Part shown: positions 27,053 to 39,303 of the stretch, in pieces
Position numbering within the stretch: the first letter of the stretch is position 1
How the letters are laid out: each line of letters begins with the position of its first letter
DNA from: Octopus sinensis
Taxonomy: Eukaryota
Reading direction: 5' to 3'
DNA: 64,000 bases
NCBI RefSeq assembly: GCF_006345805.1
Contig: NC_043006.1
Span: 64,542,001-64,606,000, forward strand
Program-made: the position numbers and the translations under genes
The notes under the pieces: model-generated
Database searches by the model: none
Told to the model about the DNA's origin: nothing
The model's input: only the letters and a program-made list of their open reading frames with translations

Positions 27053-27365
27053 TTTTAAATGCTTCAGTCATTGGACTGCGGCCATGTCGGGGCACCACCT
27101 TGAAGGTTTGGTCGAACAAATCGACCTCCAGCACTTTTTTTTTCAATCTGGTACTTATTTTATGGATCACTTAGAGGGGGGGGGGCAAACAAAAACAGCC
27201 GCTTGTCAAGCAGTAAGGGACAAACAAACAAATGCGCGCGCGCACATATACACATTTGGCTTCCACACAGTTTCCATCTACCAAATTTACTGGCAAGGCA
27301 TTTGGTCGATCCAGGTTTATAGAAGACTCTTACCCAAGGCGCCGCTGCGCGGTGCAACTGAACCA
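27053..27365 (-). mobile_element. CORE-like SINE, family A
   Basis: Reverse-oriented family A motifs (cagtcattggactgcggccatg...ccatctaccaaattt). Confidence 0.8.
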
Positions 27366-27549
27366 CGTAATTTGCGATTTAGCTGCTATTTCTAGCACAT
27401 CGAAATAACATGCAGACTTTCTCATTAGCTCAAAAGCGTCTGTAGCTGATGTACGTGCGCGCGATAAAAAGTGTGGGGGAGGCAGCTTGGTGAGGTATGA
27501 GAGAGGTGATCGTATGAGCTACTTCAGGTATGAGGTACTTCAAGCTTAC

Positions 27550-27601
27550 ACAGATTGATAAACTCAGGTACGGCGGCGGAAAGGAGTGGAGATTTGAAAA
27601 T
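27550..27601 (-). CDS. weak candidate exon (52 nt)
   Basis: gaaacag| acceptor and CTGT|GTAAGC donor; the phase 2-to-0 frame reads FSNLHSFPPPYLSLSIC. Supported only by phase compatibility with its neighbours. Confidence 0.15.
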
Positions 27602-28149
27602 CTGTTTCAAGTCTAAAAATGTTATGGGAGAGAGAGAGGCTATGCTAGACATATATACACGAGTGGCTTGTGTTTTTAGGCGTTTGATAGATACGTTGAT
27701 AAACTGATAGACAAGGGGAGAGAGAGAGAGAGAAAGATAGATTGCCAAGATAGCTGAACACAAAATAGAGAGAAAGAGGGGGTGTGAGGTAGAAAGACGG
27801 CCAGAAAGAGAGAGAAAGAGAGAGAGAAGCGATAAAGCGAACTACCAACTGTGGAGAGAGGAGCGTTGTGATTTGACGCAGCGCGCGAAAGGCATTACAC
27901 CTGGCATTAACAAAAAACACGAGAGAGTCATAGCAGGTGAGTAATGATTGACCATGTTAGGGAGAATGAGGAGACAGTGAGCAGCAGTGGAGGAGGATAC
28001 CAAATAAAATGAGGAAGCTGTAAAGTGTATGCGTGTTGGGTTGTTTTTTTTTCCCTTCTTTACATAACTATAAACTTGTGTGTGAGCCCGAGGTATGTAT
28101 TACGTGTCTGTGCGTACACACACAATATATATATAATTCTTTATTGCCC

Positions 28150-28490
28150 ACAATGGGACAAACAAGGACAGACAAAGGGATTAAGTCGATTACATCAACA
28201 CCAGTGCGTAACTGGTATTTATTTAATTGACCCCGAAAGGATGAAAGGTAAAGTCGACCTCGGCGGAATTTGAACTCAGAACGTAGCTCAGACGAAATAC
28301 CTATTTCTTTACTACCCATAGGGGGCAAAACACAGAGGGGACAAACAAGGCCAAAGGGCTTAAGTCGGTTACATCGACCCCAATGCGCAACTGGTACTTA
28401 TTTAATTGACCCCGAAAGGATGAAAGGCAAAGTCGACCTCGGCGGAATTTGAACTCAGAACGTAACGGCGGACGAAATACCGCTAAGTCT
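28150..28490 (-). mobile_element. head-to-tail dimer of family B SINE
   Basis: Two near-identical units joined at aatacc 28296-28301; followed by an oppositely oriented family B fragment at about 28505-28620. Confidence 0.9.
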
Positions 28491-29439
28491 TTTGGCTGTG
28501 GGTTTAAATCCCGAAGTCGACTTTCATGATTCCGGGAGCGCAGAAATAAGTACCAGTTGAACACTGGGGTCGATGTAATTGAGTAGCACCCATCCACAAA
28601 ATTCCAGGCCTTATGCAGGAAGAGTTGTATATGTATGTGTGTGTGTGTGTGTGTGTGAGGTATGAAAGACCTTTTACGAGAAGCGGGCCGCGGGATTCCC
28701 ATGACTGGTACATGTGCGTGTGTCTGATTGTCCCCATCCCACCGCTGGAGAACCAGTGTTGGTTTGTTTGTGTCACCCTCACTTTGCGGTTCAGCATAAG
28801 ACACTCATAGAACAAGTACCAGACTTTAAAAAAATAAAGAGAAAAAAAATAATCAACCTAAGTATTAGAGTCGATTTGTTTCAACAGGAAATCTTTCAAG
28901 GCGGGGCCCCAGCATGGCCGCAATCCAATGACTGGAACAAGTGTAAAATAAAAGATAAGTACAGATACACAGGAGAGTTTTTTTTTTTTTTTTTTTTTTA
29001 CTTATAACCATGTTTCCTCGTGTTTTTAGGTAACGTACAATGACGGTGGCGGTGGTGATGATGATGATGGTAGAGGTGGTTTTGATGCTGTGGTAGCGGT
29101 GGCAAAAACGGTAGGGTGTTGGATAAAGTGTTTCGTTTTGATTCGGTGGTGGGGGGTTAATTCTTTGAACACGTTCCTAAGTTGAATCCCGTCGGAAACT
29201 ACTCTGACGTTCATCATTTCAAGAATTAACATCACAAAATATCGATGCAGTAATTCAACTTCACGTCACATACTACTACTATTGCCGATGATGATGATGA
29301 TGATGATGATGATGAGAGATAACCAAAGAGCTTCTAAGGCGGTCGTACGAGATATTCGAAAGTGCAACCCAACGTCAGATCGTGCACTACAGACTATAAA
29401 ACAAGGAAGGACACGCTGAACAATGTAATCTTTTTGTCT

Positions 29440-29776
29440 CTTTCATCTTTTACTAGTTTCAGTCAGTGGACTGCGGCCATGCTGGGGCATTTACCTTCAA
29501 GGATTTGGTTGAACACAACCCTACTACTCTCTTTTGCCGAACCGATGAGAACGTAAAGGAACCAACACCGGCCAAGTAGTGAGGTAGAAAAAATAAATAC
29601 ACACACACACATATATGACAGGCTTCCACACAGTTTTCGTCTACTAAATTCACTCTTAAAGCGTTGGTCGACCCGGTGACATAATAGAACACACTTGTCC
29701 AATGTGCTGTGCAATGGGACTGAACCCAAAACCACATAGTTACAAAACGAGCTTTTTAACCATACAGCCATGCCTG
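29440..29776 (-). mobile_element. CORE-like SINE, family A
   Basis: Reverse-oriented family A motifs with an internal (CA)n tract. Confidence 0.8.
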
Positions 29777-30313
29777 CTATATATTCACAGAAAGACAAGA
29801 TGCTCATTGATGGAACACTTGATTACAGATAGGCCTACTCAACCTTATAAGTTCCAACATAGAGAACAGCAAATTTTCTTCACATCACATTTTGGGAGAG
29901 CGCATTAGAGAATATAGTTCTAGATACACTATACCTGAAAAAAAAGTGGGGGTGAGATGGTTATGGCGGGAACACTTTTGATCAGATTTATAACCATAGT
30001 TTGCCGCAAACGTTACAAATAGCTCTTTTGAAATGAGAGAGGAACCATACAAAAATGGCCGCATTTCCGATATAAAAACCAGATGGCGGGAGTTTGTCTT
30101 CTAAGCCCAAAGGAATTGATTTTTACTGTTGCTGTTTATTCTCCAAGGAATCAATATTGTCCTTTATCCTACAGGGGAATCAATACTATTACATCGATCC
30201 AACTTGATTATAATATACCACTGTCCAATCCAACAACAAAAACTTTTTAAAAAATGGTGCCCTGACAGCCGTTTCAGTCGCTTTTTTCTTCAAAGAAAGG
30301 TCAACCAGTTATA

Positions 30314-30548
30314 CAGGGTGTTCAAAAAGTCTCTCCGCATTAAGTATTTAATGGTTTTCGGGCGATTCTTGTACACTGATCCTTTACTTGCTTCCCAGAA
30401 AAAAAATGTCTGGCGGCGTTAAATCAGGTGGTCTTGGTGGACAAAGTCCTTTCGAAATAATCCGTTCACCGAAAAACTCTTGAAGTAGCGACATGGTGAT
30501 GCGCAGGATGACAAAAATTCATTGCGGAGAGACTTTTTGAACACCCTG
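30314..30548 (-). mobile_element. internally deleted Tc1/mariner (maT/DD37D-like) non-autonomous element
   Basis: Perfect 26-bp TIRs cagggtgttcaaaaagtctctccgca (30314-30339 and 30523-30548) with TA on both sides. The internal minus-strand peptide PPRPPDLTPPD matches the WPPRSPDLTPxDFFLWG transposase motif. Confidence 0.9.
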
Positions 30549-31602
30549 TATATGATAGACACACACACGTGCATAATGTATATCAGTGGTTTTACTTTGG
30601 TGTAGAATATAAAACAGCCAATCTCTCAAAATATTATAACTTTGTATTATTTCATTTCATTATTTTTTCACAGAAAAGGACGAGCTTGCAGAATCGTCAG
30701 CATGCCGGATGAAAAGCTTAACAGCATTTCGTCCGCCTTCACATTCCCAGTTGAAATCTCGCCGCGGTCGACTTTTCCTTTCATCCTTTCGAAATCGATG
30801 AAATAAGGACCAGCTGAGCATGAGGAGGGGGGTCCGATGTACAATTAGCTTACCGCCCCCCTCCCCCCAAAAAAATCTGCTGACTTTGCGCCAAAGTTTG
30901 AAACCATCATTCCTTCCCAGAAAAGCTGATTGGCAAGAATAAGAAAGATGGTTAAATTATTCCATGTTGTTATTTTGTTCTAGCTGTTCATCTCGCTGAA
31001 GTCAATTTCACCTTTCATTCCTCCGAGGTTGCCAGAAGACTAGTTGCGTACGCAAGCCGCCATATAATCAATTAACCCTTTTACCTGAAGTTTAAAAGCC
31101 TCTTGCGATGGTCGCTAGGAAAACTGAGCGTTTGGTTTGGCTACTATATTCATACTAATTTTGAGAAATAGCGACTTGAGAGGTGCTTGCCAAATTGGTT
31201 ATCAAGAGATTAGATCCCAGAATCAAAATCTTGACAAACAGTCGAGTCCGCGAACCGGTTTCGACTCTCGCTCATTTGAATAATTTCACACTTATGCCAC
31301 TAATGTTTAAGTGAAAATTAAAACACCGCAAATCCATCGATTCAGTTAATTTCTTAAAAATATAAAATAAAAAATTTCCGGACTTTCAATGATTCAACAT
31401 TTTCCGCATCAAGATTCAAATTTGCCTCGTACAAGAAAGTGTATATTCACATATCTTATTGCAATCTATAGATAGACAGAAAAGAGAGGCAGAAGTTGAA
31501 AAACAGAAATAGCTAATAAACTTATTTGTTGTGTTAACGTCCGTTAAATGAAATTCAATCGGAAATCAGAGAAGAAACAAGTATTTATGAAAGACATGCC
31601 TA

Positions 31603-31937
31603 CACAATTGTGACCCCCCACCTCCCGAGTTTGTTTCCTTATAACTTTCAGAAAATTGGATATCTTACAAATAACTTTTAGATGGAGTACATCCCAACTA
31701 TATCGAAATTTAATATGAAAAAAAAAAAAATATATATATAAATCTTAGGTGCGTACACATACATACTGACCACACATCACATAAGTTTTTCAAAATTTCA
31801 AGTTTCATTTTGTGTGCGCACCTACCATTTTTTTCATACATTAAATTTCGATAAATTTTAACTGCAAAAAAAAAGTCTCCATTTTTCAAAAAAAAAAAAA
31901 AAGTATAAGGAAACAAATTCGGAGGGGGCCACACTTG
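31603..31937. mobile_element. MITE with imperfect TIRs of about 35 bp and TA flanks
   Basis: Left cacaattgtgaccccccacctcccgagtttgtttccttata versus reverse complement of the right end caagtgtggccccctccgaatttgtttccttata. Confidence 0.6.
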
Positions 31938-32155
31938 TATATGCCTTATTTAAATATAACGTCGAACAAAGACTTGAGTCACATGCAAAATAATTTGAAA
32001 TTTGTTGGCACCAACTTCGATGTTTCACCAGTGATGGTTCATTGAAATTATCCGCAGACTACTGGAACAAAGTAAAACAATATTGTTTTATACAAATTTT
32101 GCTATTGCAATTTGGGAACAACTATAACCGTTTGTTACGGTCCCCAGGAGCCAAA

Positions 32156-32188
32156 ATGGCCTGCGCTTCTGACGATATGAGAGACAAG
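32156..32188 (+). CDS. candidate start-codon exon, MACASDDMRDK
   Basis: Strong invertebrate Kozak context CCAAAATGG, donor AAG|GTAATG, and a possible acceptor ccccag| at 32147. Protein not recognised. Confidence 0.45.
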
Positions 32189-33923
32189 GTAATGTTTTTA
32201 GTTCGAAGCGAAAAAATACCACGTTTTGTTTGGGTTTTTTCCTCTCATCACCCACCCCCAATTTTCTCGCAGTTACTTGCATATATATATATATTATATA
32301 TATATATATAGTGTGTATACATACGCATATACAGACAACTTATGTACACGCGACCCAGTTTCTTACAAACAACACGTGGTTAATTTTAAATATTGCTATG
32401 CTTTTATAGATAGACAGACAGACACAGACGTTATCTACACATGTGTAGGTCCACATGCAACATGTAAAAAGAAAGACAGCGAGCAAGTGTGGGGGGGGGA
32501 TGTGCAAATCTGCGTGACCACGTGTTGTATATACAAACGTTAAATTTTAAATACGAATAACGGAGAAGAGACAGTTGTGCAAAGATGAGTGTTTGTGTAT
32601 TTTGTAGTCAGTAGAGAATTTCATGGCGGTAAAAATTGGGTCTTATTTCATTTTTAATCTGCAGTTTTGTTGTCAGTGAAATGTCACAAGAGGAGTAAAA
32701 TAAAACGTCAAACGGACGGATTGAAAAAAACCGTGTTGAAATATAAACACTGGCGTCGAGGATGAAGAGAAAGAGAGATAAATGTGTGAGTGTAAGACAG
32801 AAAGGTTTTTTTTTTTTTTATATAGTAGTTTGTTTTATGACAACGTCGTTCCCAGACTCGAAGCATTTGCGGTTGACTAAAATATCTTGTGGAAAAGCAC
32901 GCCGTATATACACACACAAATATATATGTGTGCGTATATATATATCTTAAACAGAGCAAGATAGCGTGGTAACAGAGAGCTAGGAGAGAACGCACATGGT
33001 GCATGCAGTAGTAAGGATTACTTTACAATACAGCATATTTTATTTTTTTCCCCGCTCACTCTCTCTGGCACTCCTTGTACACACACACTCACTCAGCTGT
33101 GTGTGTAATGATAGTATGTCTTTTAGCAGACACACTAACCATATCTTTACGTGTATTTCGAGGGAGAAATAATTGACCATTTAATCTATATTATTTCACG
33201 CCGATATCAGTGATCGAGAGGCGGGAGACCAAATACACACACGCACAATTCGAGAAACGTCTGCTTGATCAGGGCCGACACAGATAAATCAAATTTTATA
33301 TGTAATCACACTTCTTATCAAAGACACTATATCCAACTAACGATTATACACGAAATTTTAGAGTCGGTAAACTTTCCCCATGATTTCGCATACATAAAAC
33401 ATTCATTCTGTATGTGTGCGTATAAGGTATTCTATACACAGGTGGGTGTGTAGAGAAATACAAATTTGTACTGTTTTCGAAATCTGGTTTTCATTAGTTT
33501 GGGAAAGAACGCTATTCAGGGTGAGCTTTATTGATGTACTTTTTTTTTTTTTTTATCAATCATTCTCAAGATAAAACGGAGCAAACCACTAGTTTGCAAA
33601 TATAGTATGTGTGTAGTGTTTGTCGAGTGTCATTTTCCAGTTTACGGAAAACAAGTCAAGGAAAGCGCTCACAAATACAGCCAAGAGAAAGGGAGGGAGG
33701 GAAACCAGCGAGAGAACATGTTCAATGAAAACTGCGAAAGAGGGACGGGAGGAGGTGGTGAAAAGACGCCGTTGCAAGCATGACACATTAAACTATCACT
33801 GCTTTACTACACTACTATATACATTTAACTTTTTTTTTTATTATACCATCAATTCCCTTTAAGAAGTCCTCTAATTTTCTGTAAAACTTATATAAATATG
33901 TACACTAACTTAAAATACACACT

Positions 33924-33955
<32 letters not shown>

Positions 33956-34990
33956 GCGAAAACCATCCAACTAAATAACACTTAGAAGCTGACCATAGAA
34001 TTTACTATTTCACACGAATATGCATTTTTCTTTTTTCACCCTGTGAAAGTCTGAGCCATGATTTCCACATATTACACAGTACTAGAAGTTGTAACATAGC
34101 ATTAGTAGTAATATAATAGTAGTGCTAGTATAAATATCAGTAGTAGTTGCAATAGTAAAGAAAAAGAACACAAAGAAAAATGGCGTATGTGAGGTTTTTG
34201 TGTGTGTGTTGTGACAGTAGTGGTTTGTTTCGTTAGCAAAGCTGTATCACCCCTCTCTCATTACTATCACTCTTTTCTATCATTACTCTCCCCAACACCA
34301 CTCGATGCAACTCAGTTTCTATCTCCTAATCTTCCATAACTACTACTGTTCGCTTCCTCCTCCTACCCTCACAGATTCCTCTCTCTCTCTCTCTTTCTGC
34401 GTCCTTCCTCTTTAATCTCCTTTCCTGTCTGCATTTTTCTTCACACATTTATTACTCTCTCTCTCTCTCTCACATCAGCCGTGCTTCGCTCAAAATCAAC
34501 TTCAACACAAAAACCATCTCTCCCTATCCCTTCTCTCTCGCATATACACACACTGCTGCTGCCAAGTCATAATATATATTACAACAGGCCGCTACGTACA
34601 AATGTAGTGCAGCAATGAACTACACACCACACTCACTCTCTCTTCTAAATTCACTCTATTCCCTTCCTCTTCCTCCATCTGTCAACTATTTAAATATATT
34701 GTCACACTACTCTTTTTCCTCCGCCTCTTTCTCTTACTACAACTTCTCCTTTTTTATTGCTCTCTCTCCCTCTCTCTCTATAAATATATATGTGTGTGTG
34801 TGTATGTGCCTTTCTTTGCCAACATGTCTGCTTCCTCTCACTCCTTCACTATATGCAGTATCTCTTCTACACGTTTCCTCCCACTCCCTCAGTCAGTCAT
34901 ATAGTGAGTGCGCCACGACTTTTGTTTCTGTTGATTTCGTTTTATACCGCCATAGCTTTTTCTCTTTCTATCAATTCATATTTACGCACG

Positions 34991-34993
<3 letters not shown>

Positions 34994-35026
<33 letters not shown>

Positions 35027-35701
35027 TTCTCTTTCTCTTTCTACTATGTGACATTCTTTAAAAAAGAAATTAAAAGCAAAAAATTTGAGGGAGTGGGGGA
35101 CATCATAAAAAAAACTTGAAAAGCTTTCGTTTTGGCAATATTGCAATATATCCCTTGTTGAATCCGAACAAGTTTTTGATAAACCAAAAAATATATATAT
35201 ATATTAAGGCGTTATATGCCTTATTTGACACGCCCGCCTGGACAATGTTGAATAGTAATCAACATTTCTACTTTCAGTTTGTAGTAACAAAAGATGTTTA
35301 TGCGCGTGTTTGTGAGTACCTTCACACACTAACAAATATATAGGGCAAAGTATATACATAAATCACAGACACACAAATATATGTAATATATATATATACA
35401 TACACACATATATGTGAGACTATTGATCGTTCGTTCATGCGGTCATAATTTGCCCGACCCCGAAAGCCTATTTTCGAAGTATCAATTGACATCTACGCTA
35501 CGTTAGATCGGTTTGATCCATGTACTCTATCAGGTGTCTTGTCTTTGTTGTGCAACCTGACTGGATTCGAACGTCACAAACTCCTCGGTTCGGTACTACT
35601 CCGAGGGAAGGTAAACATTCGAGAATAACAACAACACACCTGATCACGATCGAAATCGAAAGGCAGCGTATGTATGTGTAACACGTGTTTACATACATAA
35701 A

Positions 35702-35739
<38 letters not shown>

Positions 35740-35755
35740 TACATACATATATATA

Positions 35756-35792
<37 letters not shown>

Positions 35793-36469
35793 CTTTCTCT
35801 TTCTCTTTCTACTATGTGACATTCTTTAAAAAAGAAATTAAAAGCAAAAAATTTGAGGGAGTGGGGGACATCATAAAAAAAACTTGAAAAGCTTTCGTTT
35901 TGGCAATATTGCAATATATCCCTTGTTGAATCCGAACAAGTTTTTGATAAACCAAAAAATATATATATATATTAAGGCGTTATATGCCTTATTTGACACG
36001 CCCGCCTGGACAATGTTGAATAGTAATCAACATTTCTACTTTCAGTTTGTAGTAACAAAAGATGTTTATGCGCGTGTTTGTGAGTACCTTCACACACTAA
36101 CAAATATATAGGGCAAAGTATATACATAAATCACAGACACACAAATATATGTAATATATATATATACATACACACATATATGTGAGACTATTGATCGTTC
36201 GTTCATGCGGTCATAATTTGCCCGACCCCGAAAGCCTATTTTCGAAGTATCAATTGACATCTACGCTACGTTAGATCGGTTTGATCCATGTACTCTATCA
36301 GGTGTCTTGTCTTTGTTGTGCAACCTGACTGGATTCGAACGTCACAAACTCCTCGGTTCGGTACTACTCCGAGGGAAGGTAAACATTCGAGAATAACAAC
36401 AACACACCTGATCACGATCGAAATCGAAAGGCAGCGTATGTATGTGTAACACGTGTTTACATACATAAA

Positions 36470-36505
<36 letters not shown>

Positions 36506-36540
36506 TACATACATATATATAATATACACACACACACACT
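34994..36540 (+). repeat. 768-bp direct tandem duplication
   Basis: Unique sequence at about 35025-35760 recurs at an offset of 768 (e.g. actatgtgac at 35043 and 35811). All three junctions lie in (CA)n tracts. Confidence 0.95.
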
Positions 36541-39241
36541 GCTGGAACAATGAGAATAGTTTCTAACAAACACAAGGTCACAATTTCCGGAGAGGGGTGA
36601 AGTCGATTTCAGGTGTGTGTATATGTATGTATATATATATATATATATATAAATATATATAAAACTATATATTACTATATATTATTCCACCTGCTTGCTA
36701 CTTCACTCGAACTTTCACCGCCACCACCACCACCACCTCTTGTACCCCCCCCCCTTCCATACGCAGTGACTTTGCATACTTTCCAGAGACAAGAGCCGCC
36801 AAAACAAGTCTCTACGCGACACCTCGCCCTCCTCCCTCTCTATCCATACTACACACACACTCTCTTACACACTCCTCCCTCACCCATTACTACTATCTTT
36901 CGCTCTTTTCGTTTACCTCTCACTCTTCCCAATTATTTATCTCTCCATCCTCACTCACCGAAAATTTCATCCTTACCTCTCCCCACCTACATTTCATTCG
37001 CCTCCTCCCTCACCTTCATATCTTCTATCTTCCTTTATTTATCCCCCTCCCCTCACAGTTAGACATCTCTGCCTTTTCTTCTTATATTTCTCTGTCCTCT
37101 CTTTTCCTCCTTTCTCCTCTCTCTCTCTCTCTCTGCAAGTGACACTAGCATATCCTCATTTAACTCTACAACTACCACTCAACATCTTCCTCCTCCTCTC
37201 TCGTACACATTATTTGCAATAGTTGTAACGCCTGCAACAACGCGTACATTCACTACAAATAAGACAGCTGACTTCACTTGTTTTCTGCAAGTTCAAAACC
37301 AGCATATACATTCGTACACATTCTAAAACTTTAATCAACGCCGAAACCCAACAGCTTCCTAAAGAGACAATAAAGCAACTACAAAGTGCTTGCACAATCA
37401 TCACAAGGCGTTAAATTTGGTAGAGGAGACTGTAACCCTTCATCAAATTTGGTGGTGAAGAGTGTAACCGCTTAATACATAACTGGGTACGTCAATTAAC
37501 TGACACTGGTATGACGCTCTGCGTCTCCGATCCTTAACCACTGCCTATGGTTTCTCCATCGACGCAACTCTCGAGCTGAAACTAGCAAAAAGAATTTTTC
37601 GAAATAACCATAAATTCCAAGCCATAAATTCCAGTAACACGGTCGTCTAAATAGACTACAGGTGTCTGATACTTTGTTGCGACCCCCGGAATGATGAAAG
37701 TAAAAACGCACATTTCCCCCACATAGACACCGCGACGAAATCTGAACTCAGCTTACAGACGGCGACTCATTGCATCTCCAAGATATTTTTCGCTCACCTT
37801 CTCAGTGAATGTATGATTGGTATTTATCATCTCTAGGAGAAACAATGGCTGAATGGTTTTGGCGCCCTTCACAAAACCAGATTAACAGTGAAACTTGGTC
37901 CTCTTGGATATTTACCCCTGCCCAACATGGAGCATATTGCAAGATTCATTTCTTTTAATATCTTCAGTTAAGCGCCAAGATTTTGCTCGGTAAATTTATC
38001 AGGCTTAGACTGAATAAATTTGTACTTAAAGGAATAACATTCACGTCTGTCAGTCCTTTAAATGCAATTTCCCAAGAAAGAAGATACCTACAATGTGATG
38101 GTCATATTTGCAATAAGACTGCAAATGGTCAATTGAATTCATACAATACATATCTGACATTTATTTTATCGATCCTGAAATGAAAAGCAAATTAATCTTT
38201 TGATTAATTATGCTTACACATTGACAGATGGTCATATATTTGTAGGTGTGAGGGAAAACAGGAGTCGAGTGAATTAATTTCCGTGTATGACATTGATTTT
38301 GCGGAATCCTATCCGTAAGGATCTGAATTTAGTAAATGTAAGAGGAAACACAAGTGGGTAAAATTAGTTGAATAGTGGATATATGTTAAAATTGACAAAA
38401 TTAGCAATGAAAATTTGTCAAAAGACCAGATAAAAAGAGTGAGAACTCCAGACATTTTTCATTGCATTCAGAAAAAGAAAAGATCATGTCTGGAGCCGAT
38501 GAAGGGGAGAGCCTGTAACAGGGTGGTTTCAGTCGGTTAGAAAATTAACAAACTCCTACTTAAAGCACACATAATAGTTTAAAAATAAAACGCATTGCAT
38601 AATGTAGTTTGGGGTACACTATTCCTGAAAATAAAGATAATCAGGGCTTTAATTACTAGAGAAAAAATTACTTCACAATATTTATGGTATCTTATACAAC
38701 AGAACAGATTACATGCAAGTGAATTAAGTTTAAATAATCTAATCCGTATTTGTTTTGTTGCATTGTTATATTGGGCACTTGGCTTCTAACAGTTTAAGTG
38801 AACAAAGTTTTGCTATTAAATGATGTTTTCAATAATATATACGTTATGTAAAGTTTTGGCCTGAGCGATACTGCAGGGTGTCGAAACCATAATAATTTCC
38901 AATAGAGCAGCTGATGACGGGTGCCTACGTCCGTTTAGATTTAAAATGGTTATTATTGTGATGGATATGTAGTTGTTTATACGTTCCCTTTTGGGGTTCG
39001 TTCTTGAGTGTGCGCTTAATCATATCGATTGTACCCCTTATTTGCTGTCCATGTGTTTTAGGTTTTAGGTTTCCCCCAGCATGAAGACTGTGTCTGATTT
39101 CGTTGTTGCAGTTATTTGATTGATTCTTATACTAACTACATCAGAGAATTAGAGTTATTCGGTTAGATATCAACCAACTATTACGCTATAGTAAACTTGT
39201 AAATACACTATATTATAGATACATAATGCAAAAGACTTCAC

Positions 39242-39303
<62 letters not shown>

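Noticed and set aside
28150-28490. Repeat-spacer-like periodicity resembling a CRISPR array
   Set aside because: The units are 150-190-bp SINE copies without unique spacers, in a eukaryotic context with no cas genes.
37795-37850. Minus-strand donor GAAG|GTGAGC with short open frame (LE)MINTNHTFTEK
   Set aside because: The acceptor is ambiguous, and the phase does not fit the neighbouring candidate exons.
38911-38940. CTGATGA motifs (also 22448-22454) suggesting a Penelope-type hammerhead ribozyme
   Set aside because: The CTGATGA-stem is not followed by GAAA, and no stem I/III with a cleavage triplet can be built; at most a decayed repeat end.
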